Origin: Alphaproteobacteria bacterium
Lineage (GTDB): Bacteria; Pseudomonadota; Alphaproteobacteria; UBA828
Reading direction: 5' to 3'
Assembly: GCA_963422645.2 (NCBI GenBank)
Contig: CAXXVO010000021.1
Location: 32,001-96,000, forward strand
DNA length: 64,000 nt
Shown here: positions 41,069 to 50,951 of the stretch, piece after piece
How positions within the stretch are numbered: position 1 is the first letter of the stretch
Layout of the letters: each line of letters starts with the position of its first letter
The notes under the pieces: generated by a model
What the model was told of the DNA's origin: nothing
What the model saw: only the letters and a program-made list of their open reading frames with translations
Database searches by the model: none
Made by a program: the position numbers and the translations under genes

Positions 41069-43206
41069 GCGGCACGACCGAAGCCTTCGCGCGGGTCAGG
41101 ATCGACGCCCTTCTTCGGGATGCGGGTTGGGACCTGACCGACGGCGCGAGCGTGCTGTTCGAACACGCGTTGCCGGACGGCGGCCGAGCCGACTATGTGC
41201 TCTGCAACCGGCAGGGCCGGCCGATGGCGGCGATCGAGGCGAAGCGGGCGCGCATCGATCCCATCGCCGTCCAGGACCAGGGCCGGCACTACGCCGAGCG
41301 GCTCGGCGTGCCGTTCGTCTTCCTGTCGAACGGCGAGGAAGTGCGGTTCCTCGACCGCGAGACCGACGCGCATGCCCGCGAGATCGCGGGCTTCTACGCC
41401 CAGGACGATCTGGAGCGGCGGATCGCCGCGCGACGGAACCGGCGCGATCTGGCGACGGTCGCCATCGACCGCAGGATCGTCGACCGCGACTACCAGATCG
41501 AATGCGTCGAGGCGCTGTCCGTCGAGGTCTCGCGCGGGCGGCGCAAGCTGCTGGTCGAGATGGCGACGGGCACCGGCAAGACCCGCACGGCGGCGGCTTT
41601 CGTCAAGCGGCTGTTCGAGGCGGGCATCGTCACCCGCGTGCTGTTCCTCGTGGACCGAATCGCGCTGGCAGGCCAGGCCGAGGACGCGTTCACCGACCAT
41701 CTCCGCGACTATCCCTGTCATGTGCTGCGGCCTGGACGCGGCTTCGACCGCGCCAAGCGCATTACGATCGCGACCTTGCAGACCATGATCGCGGACTACC
41801 GCATGTTGTCGCCCGGCTATTTCGATCTCGTCATCACCGACGAATGCCATCGCTCGATCTACGGCAAGTATAGCGGCGTGCTGCGGCATTTCGACGGCAT
41901 CCAGCTCGGCCTCACGGCCACGCCCTGCACGGCGGGCGCGGACGCTGCCGCCGATCCCGAGGACGGGTCGTTCGTGCGCGACACGCTGCGCTTCTTCGAA
42001 CTCGCGGAGCCCAGCTTCCGCTACACGCTGCGCCAAGCCATCGGGGCGGGCCATCTCGTGCCCTACCGCATCTACAAGGCCATGACGGTCAAGACCGCCG
42101 CCGGGGACGGCTTCGAGGTCCGACGCGACGAGCTCGACTGGGCCGCGATGGACAGGCAGACGCGGGCGGAGTTCGAGGCGCTGTTCGCGTCCTCCGACAC
42201 GATCATGGTCGATCCGCGCGCTCTGGAACGGAAGTTCACCATCCCCGAGCGCAACCGTGCGCTGGTGCGCGAATTCCGCGACGCACACGAGAAGGGCTTC
42301 ATGGGCCGGGACGGCGTGCGGCGCTGGCCCGCCTGGGGCAAGACCATCGTGTTCGCAGTGACGAAGCGCCATGCCGAGACGCTGGCGGAGATGTTCGACG
42401 AGCACTTTGCGGACCTCAAGCCGCACCCGACCGTGCGCTACGCCGACTTCGTGGTGAGCGATGTCGGCGGCGGCCCGGCCCCCGACGCCGGCGCCATCAT
42501 CAGGTGCTTCAAGGAGGAGGACTATCCGAAAATCCTCGTCAGCGTGAACATGCTGGATACCGGCTTCGACTGCCCGGATGCGGTCAACCTCGTCATGGCG
42601 CGGTTCACCCGGAGCGTCATCCTCTACCGGCAGATGCGCGGGCGCGGCACGCGCAAGGCCCCGCACATCGGGAAGACCGGATTCACGATTTTCGATTTCG
42701 TCGGCGTGACCGACTTCCACGGCGACGACGACGGGGATATCGACGGCGGCGCGATCCGCGAGGGCGGCCGACCGGCCGGTCCCGGCGAGATCCGCATGCT
42801 GTTGACGCTCGATGTGGACGACCATATCGACCCGGAGAGCCGCGACTGGCTGACTCTCGACGAGTCAGGCCGCATCGTCCGCACGCCGGAGCACGAGGCG
42901 CGCGCCGCCGAAGTCGGCGTACGTTTCGAGGCGTGGCGCGGCGTGCACGAAGAGTTCGATGCGGAACAGGCGCGCTGGGCGGGCCTGATCGGAAGCCGGG
43001 TGAGGGCCGACGCGATGGAAATGGAAGCCCTCGGCGGATGGGATTTCGACCTGCACCCCTTCGCCGCTCTCGGAGGGTACGAACAGGCGCGACGCGTGTT
43101 CGGCGGCGAGGAATCGCTCGGCAGGCTGATCGCCGGGTTCAACATCGCGGTGTTCGGACAAGCGGACGCGCCCGATACGCCGAACATGCGGAAGCACAGT
43201 GAGTAG
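41065..43206 (+). CDS. hsdR: Type I restriction enzyme R subunit (compact)
   Basis: ADYVL...IEAKR nuclease motif, MATGTGKT, DECHRS, GLTATP, MLDTGFD, QMRGRGTR. Confidence 0.88.
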   Translation: MSGTTEAFARVRIDALLRDAGWDLTDGASVLFEHALPDGGRADYVLCNRQGRPMAAIEAKRARIDPIAVQDQGRHYAERLGVPFVFLSNGEEVRFLDRETDAHAREIAGFYAQDDLERRIAARRNRRDLATVAIDRRIVDRDYQIECVEALSVEVSRGRRKLLVEMATGTGKTRTAAAFVKRLFEAGIVTRVLFLVDRIALAGQAEDAFTDHLRDYPCHVLRPGRGFDRAKRITIATLQTMIADYRMLSPGYFDLVITDECHRSIYGKYSGVLRHFDGIQLGLTATPCTAGADAAADPEDGSFVRDTLRFFELAEPSFRYTLRQAIGAGHLVPYRIYKAMTVKTAAGDGFEVRRDELDWAAMDRQTRAEFEALFASSDTIMVDPRALERKFTIPERNRALVREFRDAHEKGFMGRDGVRRWPAWGKTIVFAVTKRHAETLAEMFDEHFADLKPHPTVRYADFVVSDVGGGPAPDAGAIIRCFKEEDYPKILVSVNMLDTGFDCPDAVNLVMARFTRSVILYRQMRGRGTRKAPHIGKTGFTIFDFVGVTDFHGDDDGDIDGGAIREGGRPAGPGEIRMLLTLDVDDHIDPESRDWLTLDESGRIVRTPEHEARAAEVGVRFEAWRGVHEEFDAEQARWAGLIGSRVRADAMEMEALGGWDFDLHPFAALGGYEQARRVFGGEESLGRLIAGFNIAVFGQADAPDTPNMRKHSE

Positions 43207-43212
43207 CCCGCC

Positions 43213-44844
43213 ATGCCGATGACTCCCGAACTCCGGCGCGGCATCGACCGCATCCGCGACTATCTGTTCGGCGGCGGCTATCCGAACCCGGCCCAGAACG
43301 CGGAACAGCTCAGCTTCCTGATCTACTTCTACATGTACGAGGCAGCGGACGCGGCGCGGGTGCGCACGGCGAAACGGCCGGGCGCCACGGCTTACGCCAG
43401 CGTCTTCGAAGGCGAATGGAACCTGCGCGACCCGCGCAACGCACGCGAGCCCGGCGCCGGGACGGTGCCACGCTCGCTCCTGCGCTGGTCGTCCTGGGCG
43501 GATGCGCTCAACGGCGAACGGCTGGTCAACTGGGTACGGGAGGAAGTCTTTGCGTTCCACGCCGAGCTCGCGGCGAGCGGCGTCACGGACTTCATGGACG
43601 GCGCCCGGCTGGTGATCGACGAGCCGACGGTGCTCACCCAGGTCGTCAGCCAGTTGAACGACCTGCATCTCGACCGGGTGGACGCCGACACCAAGGGCGA
43701 CCTGTTTGAGCACGTGCTGCGCCAGATCCGCCAGGCCGGCGAGCTCGGCCAGTTCCGCACGCCGCGCCACGTCATCCGCGCCCTGGTCCGCTTGGTCGAT
43801 CCCCGGCTCGGCGAGACGATCTATGATCCGGCGGCGGGTACGGCAGGCTTTCTGGTCGGCGCGTGGGACCATATCCGGCTCGCCAACTCCTCGCCCGCCG
43901 GCATCGAGGAGATCGAGGCCGACGGCAAGACCGTTCGGCGTGGCCTCGGCGACACGCTGAGTCGGGACGCAGTGACGCAGTTGCAGGAGACGACATTCCA
44001 CGGCGCGGACGTGGACCCGCAGATGGTCCGCCTTGCCACCATGAACCTGACCCTGCGCGGGCTCGACCGGGTGCGGATCCTGCGCCGTGACGCGCTCACC
44101 CGTTCCCTCGACCGTGCGGCGAAGGCCGATCTCGGCCTGCCGGCGCGCGGCTTCGACGTCATCCTCGCCAACCCGCCCTTTTCCGGACGGCTCGACCGGG
44201 ACCGCATCGTCGAGGAGGTCAAGGTCGGGCGCACCGCGCAGACCGAGCTCTTGTTCCTGCAATACATGCTGAATCATCTGAGGGACGGTGGGCGCTGCGG
44301 CGTGGTCGTGCCCGAGGGCGTGCTGTTCGGCTCCACCGGCGCGCACCGCGAACTGCGCCGCAAGCTGATCGAGAACAACAGGGTGGAAGCGGTGCTGTCG
44401 CTGCCCGGCGGCGTGTTCAATCCCTATTCCGGGGTCAAGACGTCCGTACTGGTGTTCCGCAAGAGCGGCGCGACCGAGCGCGTGATGTTCCTGCACGCCG
44501 ATAATGACGGCTTCAAGCTCGATGCCAACCACGACCAGCCAATCGAGGAAGACGATCTGCCGGCGCTCATCGAGGTGTTCCGCGGCCGCGATGCGCGGTG
44601 GGCGGCATGGCGCGAGCGAGATACGGACACGGACTGGACGGAGCAATGGTGGTTCGCCGAGGCGGACGCCATCCGTGCCGCCGACTGGAACCTCAGCGCC
44701 AACCGCCACCGGCCGCAGCGCCGCGCCAAGGTGGAGCACCGTGATCCGCTGGAAATTCTGGACGAGCTACGTGGTATCGAAACGGAAATTCTGGGCGAGA
44801 TCGACGAGTTGGCCGAGGCGGTGCGGGCGGCGGTCGCAGAATGA
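43213..44844 (+). CDS. hsdM: Type I RM methyltransferase subunit
   Basis: GQFRTPR, YDPAAGTAGFL, ANPPF, VPEGVLF. Confidence 0.92.
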   Translation: MPMTPELRRGIDRIRDYLFGGGYPNPAQNAEQLSFLIYFYMYEAADAARVRTAKRPGATAYASVFEGEWNLRDPRNAREPGAGTVPRSLLRWSSWADALNGERLVNWVREEVFAFHAELAASGVTDFMDGARLVIDEPTVLTQVVSQLNDLHLDRVDADTKGDLFEHVLRQIRQAGELGQFRTPRHVIRALVRLVDPRLGETIYDPAAGTAGFLVGAWDHIRLANSSPAGIEEIEADGKTVRRGLGDTLSRDAVTQLQETTFHGADVDPQMVRLATMNLTLRGLDRVRILRRDALTRSLDRAAKADLGLPARGFDVILANPPFSGRLDRDRIVEEVKVGRTAQTELLFLQYMLNHLRDGGRCGVVVPEGVLFGSTGAHRELRRKLIENNRVEAVLSLPGGVFNPYSGVKTSVLVFRKSGATERVMFLHADNDGFKLDANHDQPIEEDDLPALIEVFRGRDARWAAWRERDTDTDWTEQWWFAEADAIRAADWNLSANRHRPQRRAKVEHRDPLEILDELRGIETEILGEIDELAEAVRAAVAE

Positions 44845-46031
44845 GCGGGTATCCTCTTTTGCAGCTTGGTGACGTCGCAGACGTAGTTGCGGGCGACCCC
44901 GCGCCTCAAGACCCTCAAGCCTTTGCACCGGACGGTCCGTTGTTCGTGCGGATGCAGGACGTAGGTCGCCACCACCGTCATCCAGCACTTTCCGATTCGA
45001 CGGATCGCCTTAGGGCAGAATGGGTTGCTCGAAGCCGCCTTCGACTATTCCCCAGAGACAGCATCTTGATACCGAAGAGCGGTGCGTCGGTGAATCTCAA
45101 CCATCGTGCCAAACTCGCTACCGATGCCTATGTCGTCAGCCATCTTGCGATTGTCATTCCAGACCGAACGAGGATAGAACCGGATTACCTCTATTGGTGG
45201 TCTGCAAACTACGATCCGCGTGCGCAAGTTCAGGTTACGAGCCTGCCCTCTCTCAAGCTGTCCACATTGAAGTCGGCTTTGGTCCCCCTCCCGCCACTCG
45301 ACGAGCAGCGGCGGATCGTCGGCATCCTGAACCGGGCCGCGAAGATCGAGTGGCTGCGGGCACAGGCGCAGGAGTTGATGGGGGAATTCATACCTGCGCT
45401 GTTTGTCAAGATGTTCGGCGATCCGGTCGATAACCCGATGGGGTGGCAAGTGCGTCCACTGGGAGAGTGCTGCATTCTGGCGCAATATGGAACGAGCAAG
45501 AAGGCTAATGATCGATCTGAAGGCCTCCCCGTGCTTCGAATGGGTAACGTCACATACCGTGGCGATCTCGACTGCACTGATCTAAAGTGGGTCGCCCTCT
45601 CGGAGAGCAATATCGAGAAATACGCTCTGAGAGCGGGCGATATATTGTTCAATCGGACGAACAGCAAGGAGCTTGTTGGAAAGACCGGACTTTGGGACGG
45701 TCGCTTCTCGGCAGTTGCCGCATCGTACTTCATTCGGTTGCGCCTCGCCGAAACCCGTGTCTGCCCTACCTACGTTTGGGCATTCATGAATTCCTCTGCC
45801 ATGAAGCAGCGCCTCTTTGAGGCAGCACGCGGCGCGGTCGGACAGGCCAATATCAATGCAAGAGAAGTAAAGTCGCTGCCGTTGCCCATGCCGCCGTTTT
45901 GCCTCCAAAGGCGGTATGCGGAAGTGGTCGAATCGATCCGGTCGACTCTGACAACTTCCGAGTCCGGCTCTCGGGATGCTTTCGCACTAAAGAAGTCCCT
46001 GATGTCCCGATTGTTGGACGGCGTCGTATGA
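44841..46031 (+). CDS. hsdS: Type I RM specificity subunit
   Basis: Two TRDs with conserved PLPPLDEQRRIV and PMPPFCLQRRY; lower GC. Confidence 0.9.
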   Translation: MSGYPLLQLGDVADVVAGDPAPQDPQAFAPDGPLFVRMQDVGRHHRHPALSDSTDRLRAEWVARSRLRLFPRDSILIPKSGASVNLNHRAKLATDAYVVSHLAIVIPDRTRIEPDYLYWWSANYDPRAQVQVTSLPSLKLSTLKSALVPLPPLDEQRRIVGILNRAAKIEWLRAQAQELMGEFIPALFVKMFGDPVDNPMGWQVRPLGECCILAQYGTSKKANDRSEGLPVLRMGNVTYRGDLDCTDLKWVALSESNIEKYALRAGDILFNRTNSKELVGKTGLWDGRFSAVAASYFIRLRLAETRVCPTYVWAFMNSSAMKQRLFEAARGAVGQANINAREVKSLPLPMPPFCLQRRYAEVVESIRSTLTTSESGSRDAFALKKSLMSRLLDGVV

Positions 46032-46627
46032 CCGACATCGTGGACAGGCAACGCAGAAGTGAAATGATGGCAGGAATTCGTGGACGCGACACGGCCCCCG
46101 AACTGGCGGTTCGGCGCATCGCTCACCGCATGGGCCTGCGCTTCCGCCTGCATCGCAAGGACCTCCCCGGACGCCCGGACTTGGTGCTTCCGAAACACCG
46201 TCTTGCCGTCTTCGTACATGGCTGCTTCTGGCATCGGCACGAAGGCTGCCGGTACGCCTCCACTCCCAAGTCACGGGTTGCGTTCTGGACGGCGAAGTTC
46301 GAGGCCAACGTTGTCCGGGATGCACGTCAGCAAGCGGCCTTGATGGCGCTTGGTTGGCAAGTCCTCGTCATCTGGCAGTGTGAAACAAGCGATAAAGCGG
46401 TAGTCGCGCGCAGGCTGGCTGCATCCATCGATCGCGGACGAGCGGCTACGAAGCAAGAGATCACACCCTCGGTCGCGATGATGGAAGCTCAACGCTCGAC
46501 GCCGGGATTCGAAGTGACCACAAGTCTCTCCCGGACTCTGAACGGGGCAGACCGGGATTCGGGCGCTGCCGGCGCTTCGGCGCCAGGCGGCGGTGAGCAG
46601 ATACGCCCTGCCGTGGTGACCCGGTGA
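46028..46627 (+). CDS. vsr: Very short patch repair endonuclease
   Basis: MTDIVDRQRRSEMM...DTAPE, LPGRPD, FVHGCFWHRH. Confidence 0.92.
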   Translation: MTDIVDRQRRSEMMAGIRGRDTAPELAVRRIAHRMGLRFRLHRKDLPGRPDLVLPKHRLAVFVHGCFWHRHEGCRYASTPKSRVAFWTAKFEANVVRDARQQAALMALGWQVLVIWQCETSDKAVVARRLAASIDRGRAATKQEITPSVAMMEAQRSTPGFEVTTSLSRTLNGADRDSGAAGASAPGGGEQIRPAVVTR

Positions 46628-47685
46628 CGGTTCGGGTATACGACTTCTTCGCTGGCTGTGGCGGTGCAAGCTGCGGTTTTCAAGCCGTGGGCATGGAGAT
46701 CGCGTTTGCCCTGGATCACGATGCGGATGCGAAGGGGAGCTTTGAAGCCAACTTTCCCGATGCGCATTTCGAACTTGTGGATATCCGCAAGGCAAGTCTC
46801 CAGGCGATCCGGCGCCGGGTAGAGGCAGAAGGGTCCAAACCGGTGCTGTTCAGCGGATGCGCACCGTGTCAGCCCTTCACGAAACAGAATACGACACGAC
46901 CGTTGCCGGATCGAGACGAGCGTGTGCCACTGCTTGCCTGCTTTGCGCGCTTGGTGGAAGTTTGCCGCCCGGATCTCGTTTTCGTGGAAAACGTTCCGGG
47001 TTTGCAGAAGCTTGATGCGAACAGTCAGCCTTTTGGCGGTTTCCTGAGCCGACTGGACGGAGCGGGTTACAAAATGGACTACCGTCCCATCACACTCGCC
47101 AAGTACGGCGTACCGCAGAGCCGCCGCCGGCTCGTCCTGGTCGGGAGCCGCCACGGTGCGATCCATCTGCCCGATGAGACGCACGGGCCGGGAACGTCGT
47201 GCGAGCGATACACCACGGTCCGGGACCGGATATCCCATCTTCCGCCGCTACGGGCTGGCGCGGCGCACAGGAAGGTTGCGAACCACAGAGCGGCAAATCT
47301 CTCCCCGCGCAACCTGGAGCGCATCAAGGCGACGCCGGAAGGCGGCGGCAATCGGGACTGGCCGGAACATCTCCAACTCCAATGCCACAAGGGTTTCTCA
47401 GGCTATAGCGACGTCTACGGCCGGATGTCCTGGGACACGCCCGCATCGGGGCTCACCACACGATGCACAAGCTACTCGAACGGCCGCTTCGGCCACCCGG
47501 AGCAGCACAGGGCCATCAGCGTTCGAGAAGCGGCTTGCCTGCAGACGTTCCCGGAGGACTTCGTTTTCGAGGGGAGCATGGCGTCGATGTCGAGACAGAT
47601 CGGCAACGCGGTCCCGGTCCGCCTAGCGGAGCTGATCGGCCACCGGTTCATCGAGCATCTGAAGGATGTGGGAAGGCTCTCCTGA
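46624..47685 (+). CDS. dcm: DNA (cytosine-5)-methyltransferase
   Basis: DFFAGCGG, APCQPF, ENVPG, PQSRRR, QIGNAVP. Confidence 0.93.
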   Translation: MTVRVYDFFAGCGGASCGFQAVGMEIAFALDHDADAKGSFEANFPDAHFELVDIRKASLQAIRRRVEAEGSKPVLFSGCAPCQPFTKQNTTRPLPDRDERVPLLACFARLVEVCRPDLVFVENVPGLQKLDANSQPFGGFLSRLDGAGYKMDYRPITLAKYGVPQSRRRLVLVGSRHGAIHLPDETHGPGTSCERYTTVRDRISHLPPLRAGAAHRKVANHRAANLSPRNLERIKATPEGGGNRDWPEHLQLQCHKGFSGYSDVYGRMSWDTPASGLTTRCTSYSNGRFGHPEQHRAISVREAACLQTFPEDFVFEGSMASMSRQIGNAVPVRLAELIGHRFIEHLKDVGRLS

Positions 47686-50618
47686 TGGCAAGGTTCAGGA
47701 CCCGCGCCCGTACGCTGGACATGCTGGGGAGACAGCAGATTGCCGGCATCCCCACGGCGATCAGCGAGCTGTTCAAGAACGCGCACGACGCCTATGCCGA
47801 CCGCGTCGAGATCGACTACTACCGATCAGACGGCCTGTTCGTCCTGCGCGACAACGGTATCGGCATGAGTCGGGACGACTTTGTGACGCGCTGGTTGACG
47901 ATCGGCACGGAAAGCAAGTTCGATCCCGATCACCCACCGCCGCACGACCCGGACAAAGAGCCGCGCCCGATGCTCGGCGAGAAGGGCATCGGGCGGCTTG
48001 CTATCGCGACCATCGGTCCGCAACTCCTGGTCCTCACCCGCGCCAAAACCGACGATGGGGCGTCTGATCTCACCGCAGCGTTCCTGAACTGGGGCATATT
48101 CGAATGGCCAGGCATCGATCTGGAGGACATCGACATTCCTCTGCGCTCATTCGAACCGGGCACGCTGCCGTCGGCACAGGATGTGGCCGAGATGGTGAGC
48201 GAGTTTCGCGCAGGAGGCGAAAGGCTTGGTCCCGCGGTAGAGCGATCGATGCTGGAGAGGCTGTCGCACGAACTCGATCAATTCGACGTGGACCCGCAGG
48301 CCATCGACTCCTACCTCAGGGAGCCTTCATTACGTGGAAACAGTTACGGAGTCCATTTCATCATCAAGCCAGCCTCGGAGCTGGTGGCGGAGGATATCGA
48401 CGGCGACCCGACTGCGAGCAAGATAGTCGTGATGAAAAAGGCGACGCCTTTAAAGAAGGCATTGCTGGGGTTCGGCAACACGATGACGCCGGGTTCACAG
48501 ACCGTGATTCGCACGGCGTTTCGCGATCATAAGTCCGATGAAGTAGCTGAGGACGTGATTGGCGACGACGAGTTCTTTACGCAGAAGGAGTTTCAGAATT
48601 CGGATCACCGCGTTCACGGTAGATTCGACGAGTTCGGTCAGTTCCGCGGCCGAATTTCGATCTATGGTGAAACGATAGACGATCACGTCATTCCTTGGGT
48701 TGGGGGACGTGGTTCACCGACGCTCTGCGGACCGTTTTCGATCGACTTCGCTGCCTTCGAGGGTGATAGTAGACACTCGACGATCCCGCACGAGGAACAT
48801 GCGAGACTGGCCGCCAAGACTGAAAAGCTGGGCGGACTCTACATTTATCGCAACGGAATCCGAATTCTGCCGTATGGCAACACGGAGTTCGATTGGCTGG
48901 ATATCGAATCCAGGCGCACAAAGAGCGCTTACTATTATTACTTCTCTCATCGGAAGATGTTCGGGGCAGTCGAGATCGACGCCGACAAGAATTGTAATCT
49001 GCTGGAGAAGGCGGGCCGGGAAGGATTTCAGGAGAACAAGGCGTATCGTCAATTCCGGTCGATCCTTCAGAACTTTTTCCTTCAGGTGGCAGCGGACTTT
49101 TTTCGGACCGACGGAGTGCATTCCGAACCGTTCGATCTGCGAAAGACCGAACTATCTAAGGAAGATGAAGCAAGGAAACGGAGAGAGAAACAGGTTTCGG
49201 TGAGAAAGAGGAGATTCGAGACCGACCTGAATGTGTTCTTCGACGAACTTGCGAGCAATGCGCCTCAAGAGGAGGCGTCGGCATTGACGGCACATATTGA
49301 GGCGGAACTGCGGGCCGCATGCGCTATCGCGGACAGTCAACTGGCGGCACGCAGAGTTCTTGACCTCGAACGTCAAGCGCAAACGGACATCAGGGAACTG
49401 GAAGGTCGCTACCGGATCGTGCGGCCGCGTATCGGCTTGAGCAAGGCCACGCTCCGTGACTGGAGCGTCTACAATGCGGAGTTCGCTTCGCTTCGGGAGA
49501 AGGTGTTCCGGCCGGCGCGCGAGCTTATCGAAGAATTGATTGGCGAAGAAACGAGAAAGGCGAAATTGTCTCTGGGTCTTCGTGTGCGGACGGAGGCTAC
49601 TCTGGAGAGCCTCGGCCAGGAAGCCCGCAAGGCCATGGGAGAATCAAGCCGAGCGGTGAGGGAAGAGGCGGACAAGGTCGCATCGGAAGCGCGGAATGCT
49701 GCGGGCCGGTCGTTGAAGACCGTCGAGTCGGAGTTGCGGGCGGTGCTGAGCGAGTTTCAGCGGATCGATCTCGAGGCAGTGCCTGATGAGCCATTCATCG
49801 AAACCAGGGACGCGCTGGAAACCAGGATCCTGAGGGTCGCCGAGAAACAGGGCGCGTTGCTGCGTTCGGTATTGGAGCAACTCCAGGCGATAGACGTTAC
49901 GGGTGAGAGTTCGACAGCCGAACAATTGATGGCAATCGAGCAACGCAACCTCCGGCTGCAAGAGGACGCCGAGGCCGATGCGCAGTTGGCGCAGTTGGGA
50001 ATGGCGATCGAGATCATCAATCACGAGTTTTCGGGAACCGTACGCGCCATTCGGGGCGCCTTGCGGAGGCTGAAGGCATGGGCCGATGTAAACGAAGGCT
50101 TGGGTGAACTCTACAACAGTATTAGAACAAGCTTCGATCATCTGGACGGCTACCTGACTCTGTTTACACCGCTTCAACGTCGCCTTTATAGAAAGGAAGT
50201 GGAAATACACGGGTCCGAGATTCGGGACTTCCTCGACGAACTGTTCCGTGCGCGTATGGCGCGGCATGACGTGACGTTGACTGCAACAAAGGCGTTCGCC
50301 AGTGCCGTGCTCGTCGGCTTTCCGTCGAGCTTCTATCCGGTTTTCGTGAACCTCATCGACAATGCCATTTTCTGGCTGTCTCAGCAGAATCCACAGCGCG
50401 AGCGGCGCATCACATTGGACGAGCGCAGCGGCACGTTGCTGGTCGGGGACACCGGGCCGGGAGTCGGTGTTCGCGACCGAGAGGCGATCTTCGAGTTCGG
50501 CTTCAGCCGAAAGCCGGGCGGACGAGGCATGGGGCTGCACATCGGACGTGAAACATTGCGCCGCGTCGGGTTCGACCTGCGGCTGATCGAAGGCGATGAA
50601 GGCGCAACATTCGGTTGA
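47685..50618 (+). CDS. MORC/GHKL ATPase fused to a C-terminal histidine-kinase module; last residues clipped by IS3
   Basis: ELFKNAHDA, DNGIGM, GEKGIGR; coiled coil; IINHEF, NLIDNA, DTGPG, GRGMGL; stop supplied by the IS3 TIR. Confidence 0.82.
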   Translation: MARFRTRARTLDMLGRQQIAGIPTAISELFKNAHDAYADRVEIDYYRSDGLFVLRDNGIGMSRDDFVTRWLTIGTESKFDPDHPPPHDPDKEPRPMLGEKGIGRLAIATIGPQLLVLTRAKTDDGASDLTAAFLNWGIFEWPGIDLEDIDIPLRSFEPGTLPSAQDVAEMVSEFRAGGERLGPAVERSMLERLSHELDQFDVDPQAIDSYLREPSLRGNSYGVHFIIKPASELVAEDIDGDPTASKIVVMKKATPLKKALLGFGNTMTPGSQTVIRTAFRDHKSDEVAEDVIGDDEFFTQKEFQNSDHRVHGRFDEFGQFRGRISIYGETIDDHVIPWVGGRGSPTLCGPFSIDFAAFEGDSRHSTIPHEEHARLAAKTEKLGGLYIYRNGIRILPYGNTEFDWLDIESRRTKSAYYYYFSHRKMFGAVEIDADKNCNLLEKAGREGFQENKAYRQFRSILQNFFLQVAADFFRTDGVHSEPFDLRKTELSKEDEARKRREKQVSVRKRRFETDLNVFFDELASNAPQEEASALTAHIEAELRAACAIADSQLAARRVLDLERQAQTDIRELEGRYRIVRPRIGLSKATLRDWSVYNAEFASLREKVFRPARELIEELIGEETRKAKLSLGLRVRTEATLESLGQEARKAMGESSRAVREEADKVASEARNAAGRSLKTVESELRAVLSEFQRIDLEAVPDEPFIETRDALETRILRVAEKQGALLRSVLEQLQAIDVTGESSTAEQLMAIEQRNLRLQEDAEADAQLAQLGMAIEIINHEFSGTVRAIRGALRRLKAWADVNEGLGELYNSIRTSFDHLDGYLTLFTPLQRRLYRKEVEIHGSEIRDFLDELFRARMARHDVTLTATKAFASAVLVGFPSSFYPVFVNLIDNAIFWLSQQNPQRERRITLDERSGTLLVGDTGPGVGVRDREAIFEFGFSRKPGGRGMGLHIGRETLRRVGFDLRLIEGDEGATFG

Positions 50619-50672
50619 TCCTCCCCCATTGGATTGGTCCATCCTTAGGTTTGGGAATGAGGAGGATCAGAG

Positions 50673-50951
50673 ATGGCAAGGAAGCGTTACAAGCCGGAGG
50701 AGATCGTCAGTCTGCTGCGGCAAGCTGAGGTTTTGCACGGCCAGGGCAAGTCGATGGCGGACGCGATCCGGCAGCTGGGGATCAGCGAGGTCACGTACTA
50801 CCGCTGGCGCAAGGAGTATGCCGGGATGAGCGGCGATCAGCTTCGGCGCCTGAAGGAGCTTGAGAAGGAGAACGAGCGGCTGCGCCGCGCGGTCTCGGAC
50901 CTGACGCTGGACAAGCAGATTCTCAAGGAGGCAGCCCAGGGAAACTTGTGA
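50673..50951 (+). CDS. IS3 transposase OrfA
   Basis: RYKPEEIV, TYYRWRKEY, LKELEKENERLRR. Confidence 0.9.
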   Translation: MARKRYKPEEIVSLLRQAEVLHGQGKSMADAIRQLGISEVTYYRWRKEYAGMSGDQLRRLKELEKENERLRRAVSDLTLDKQILKEAAQGNL

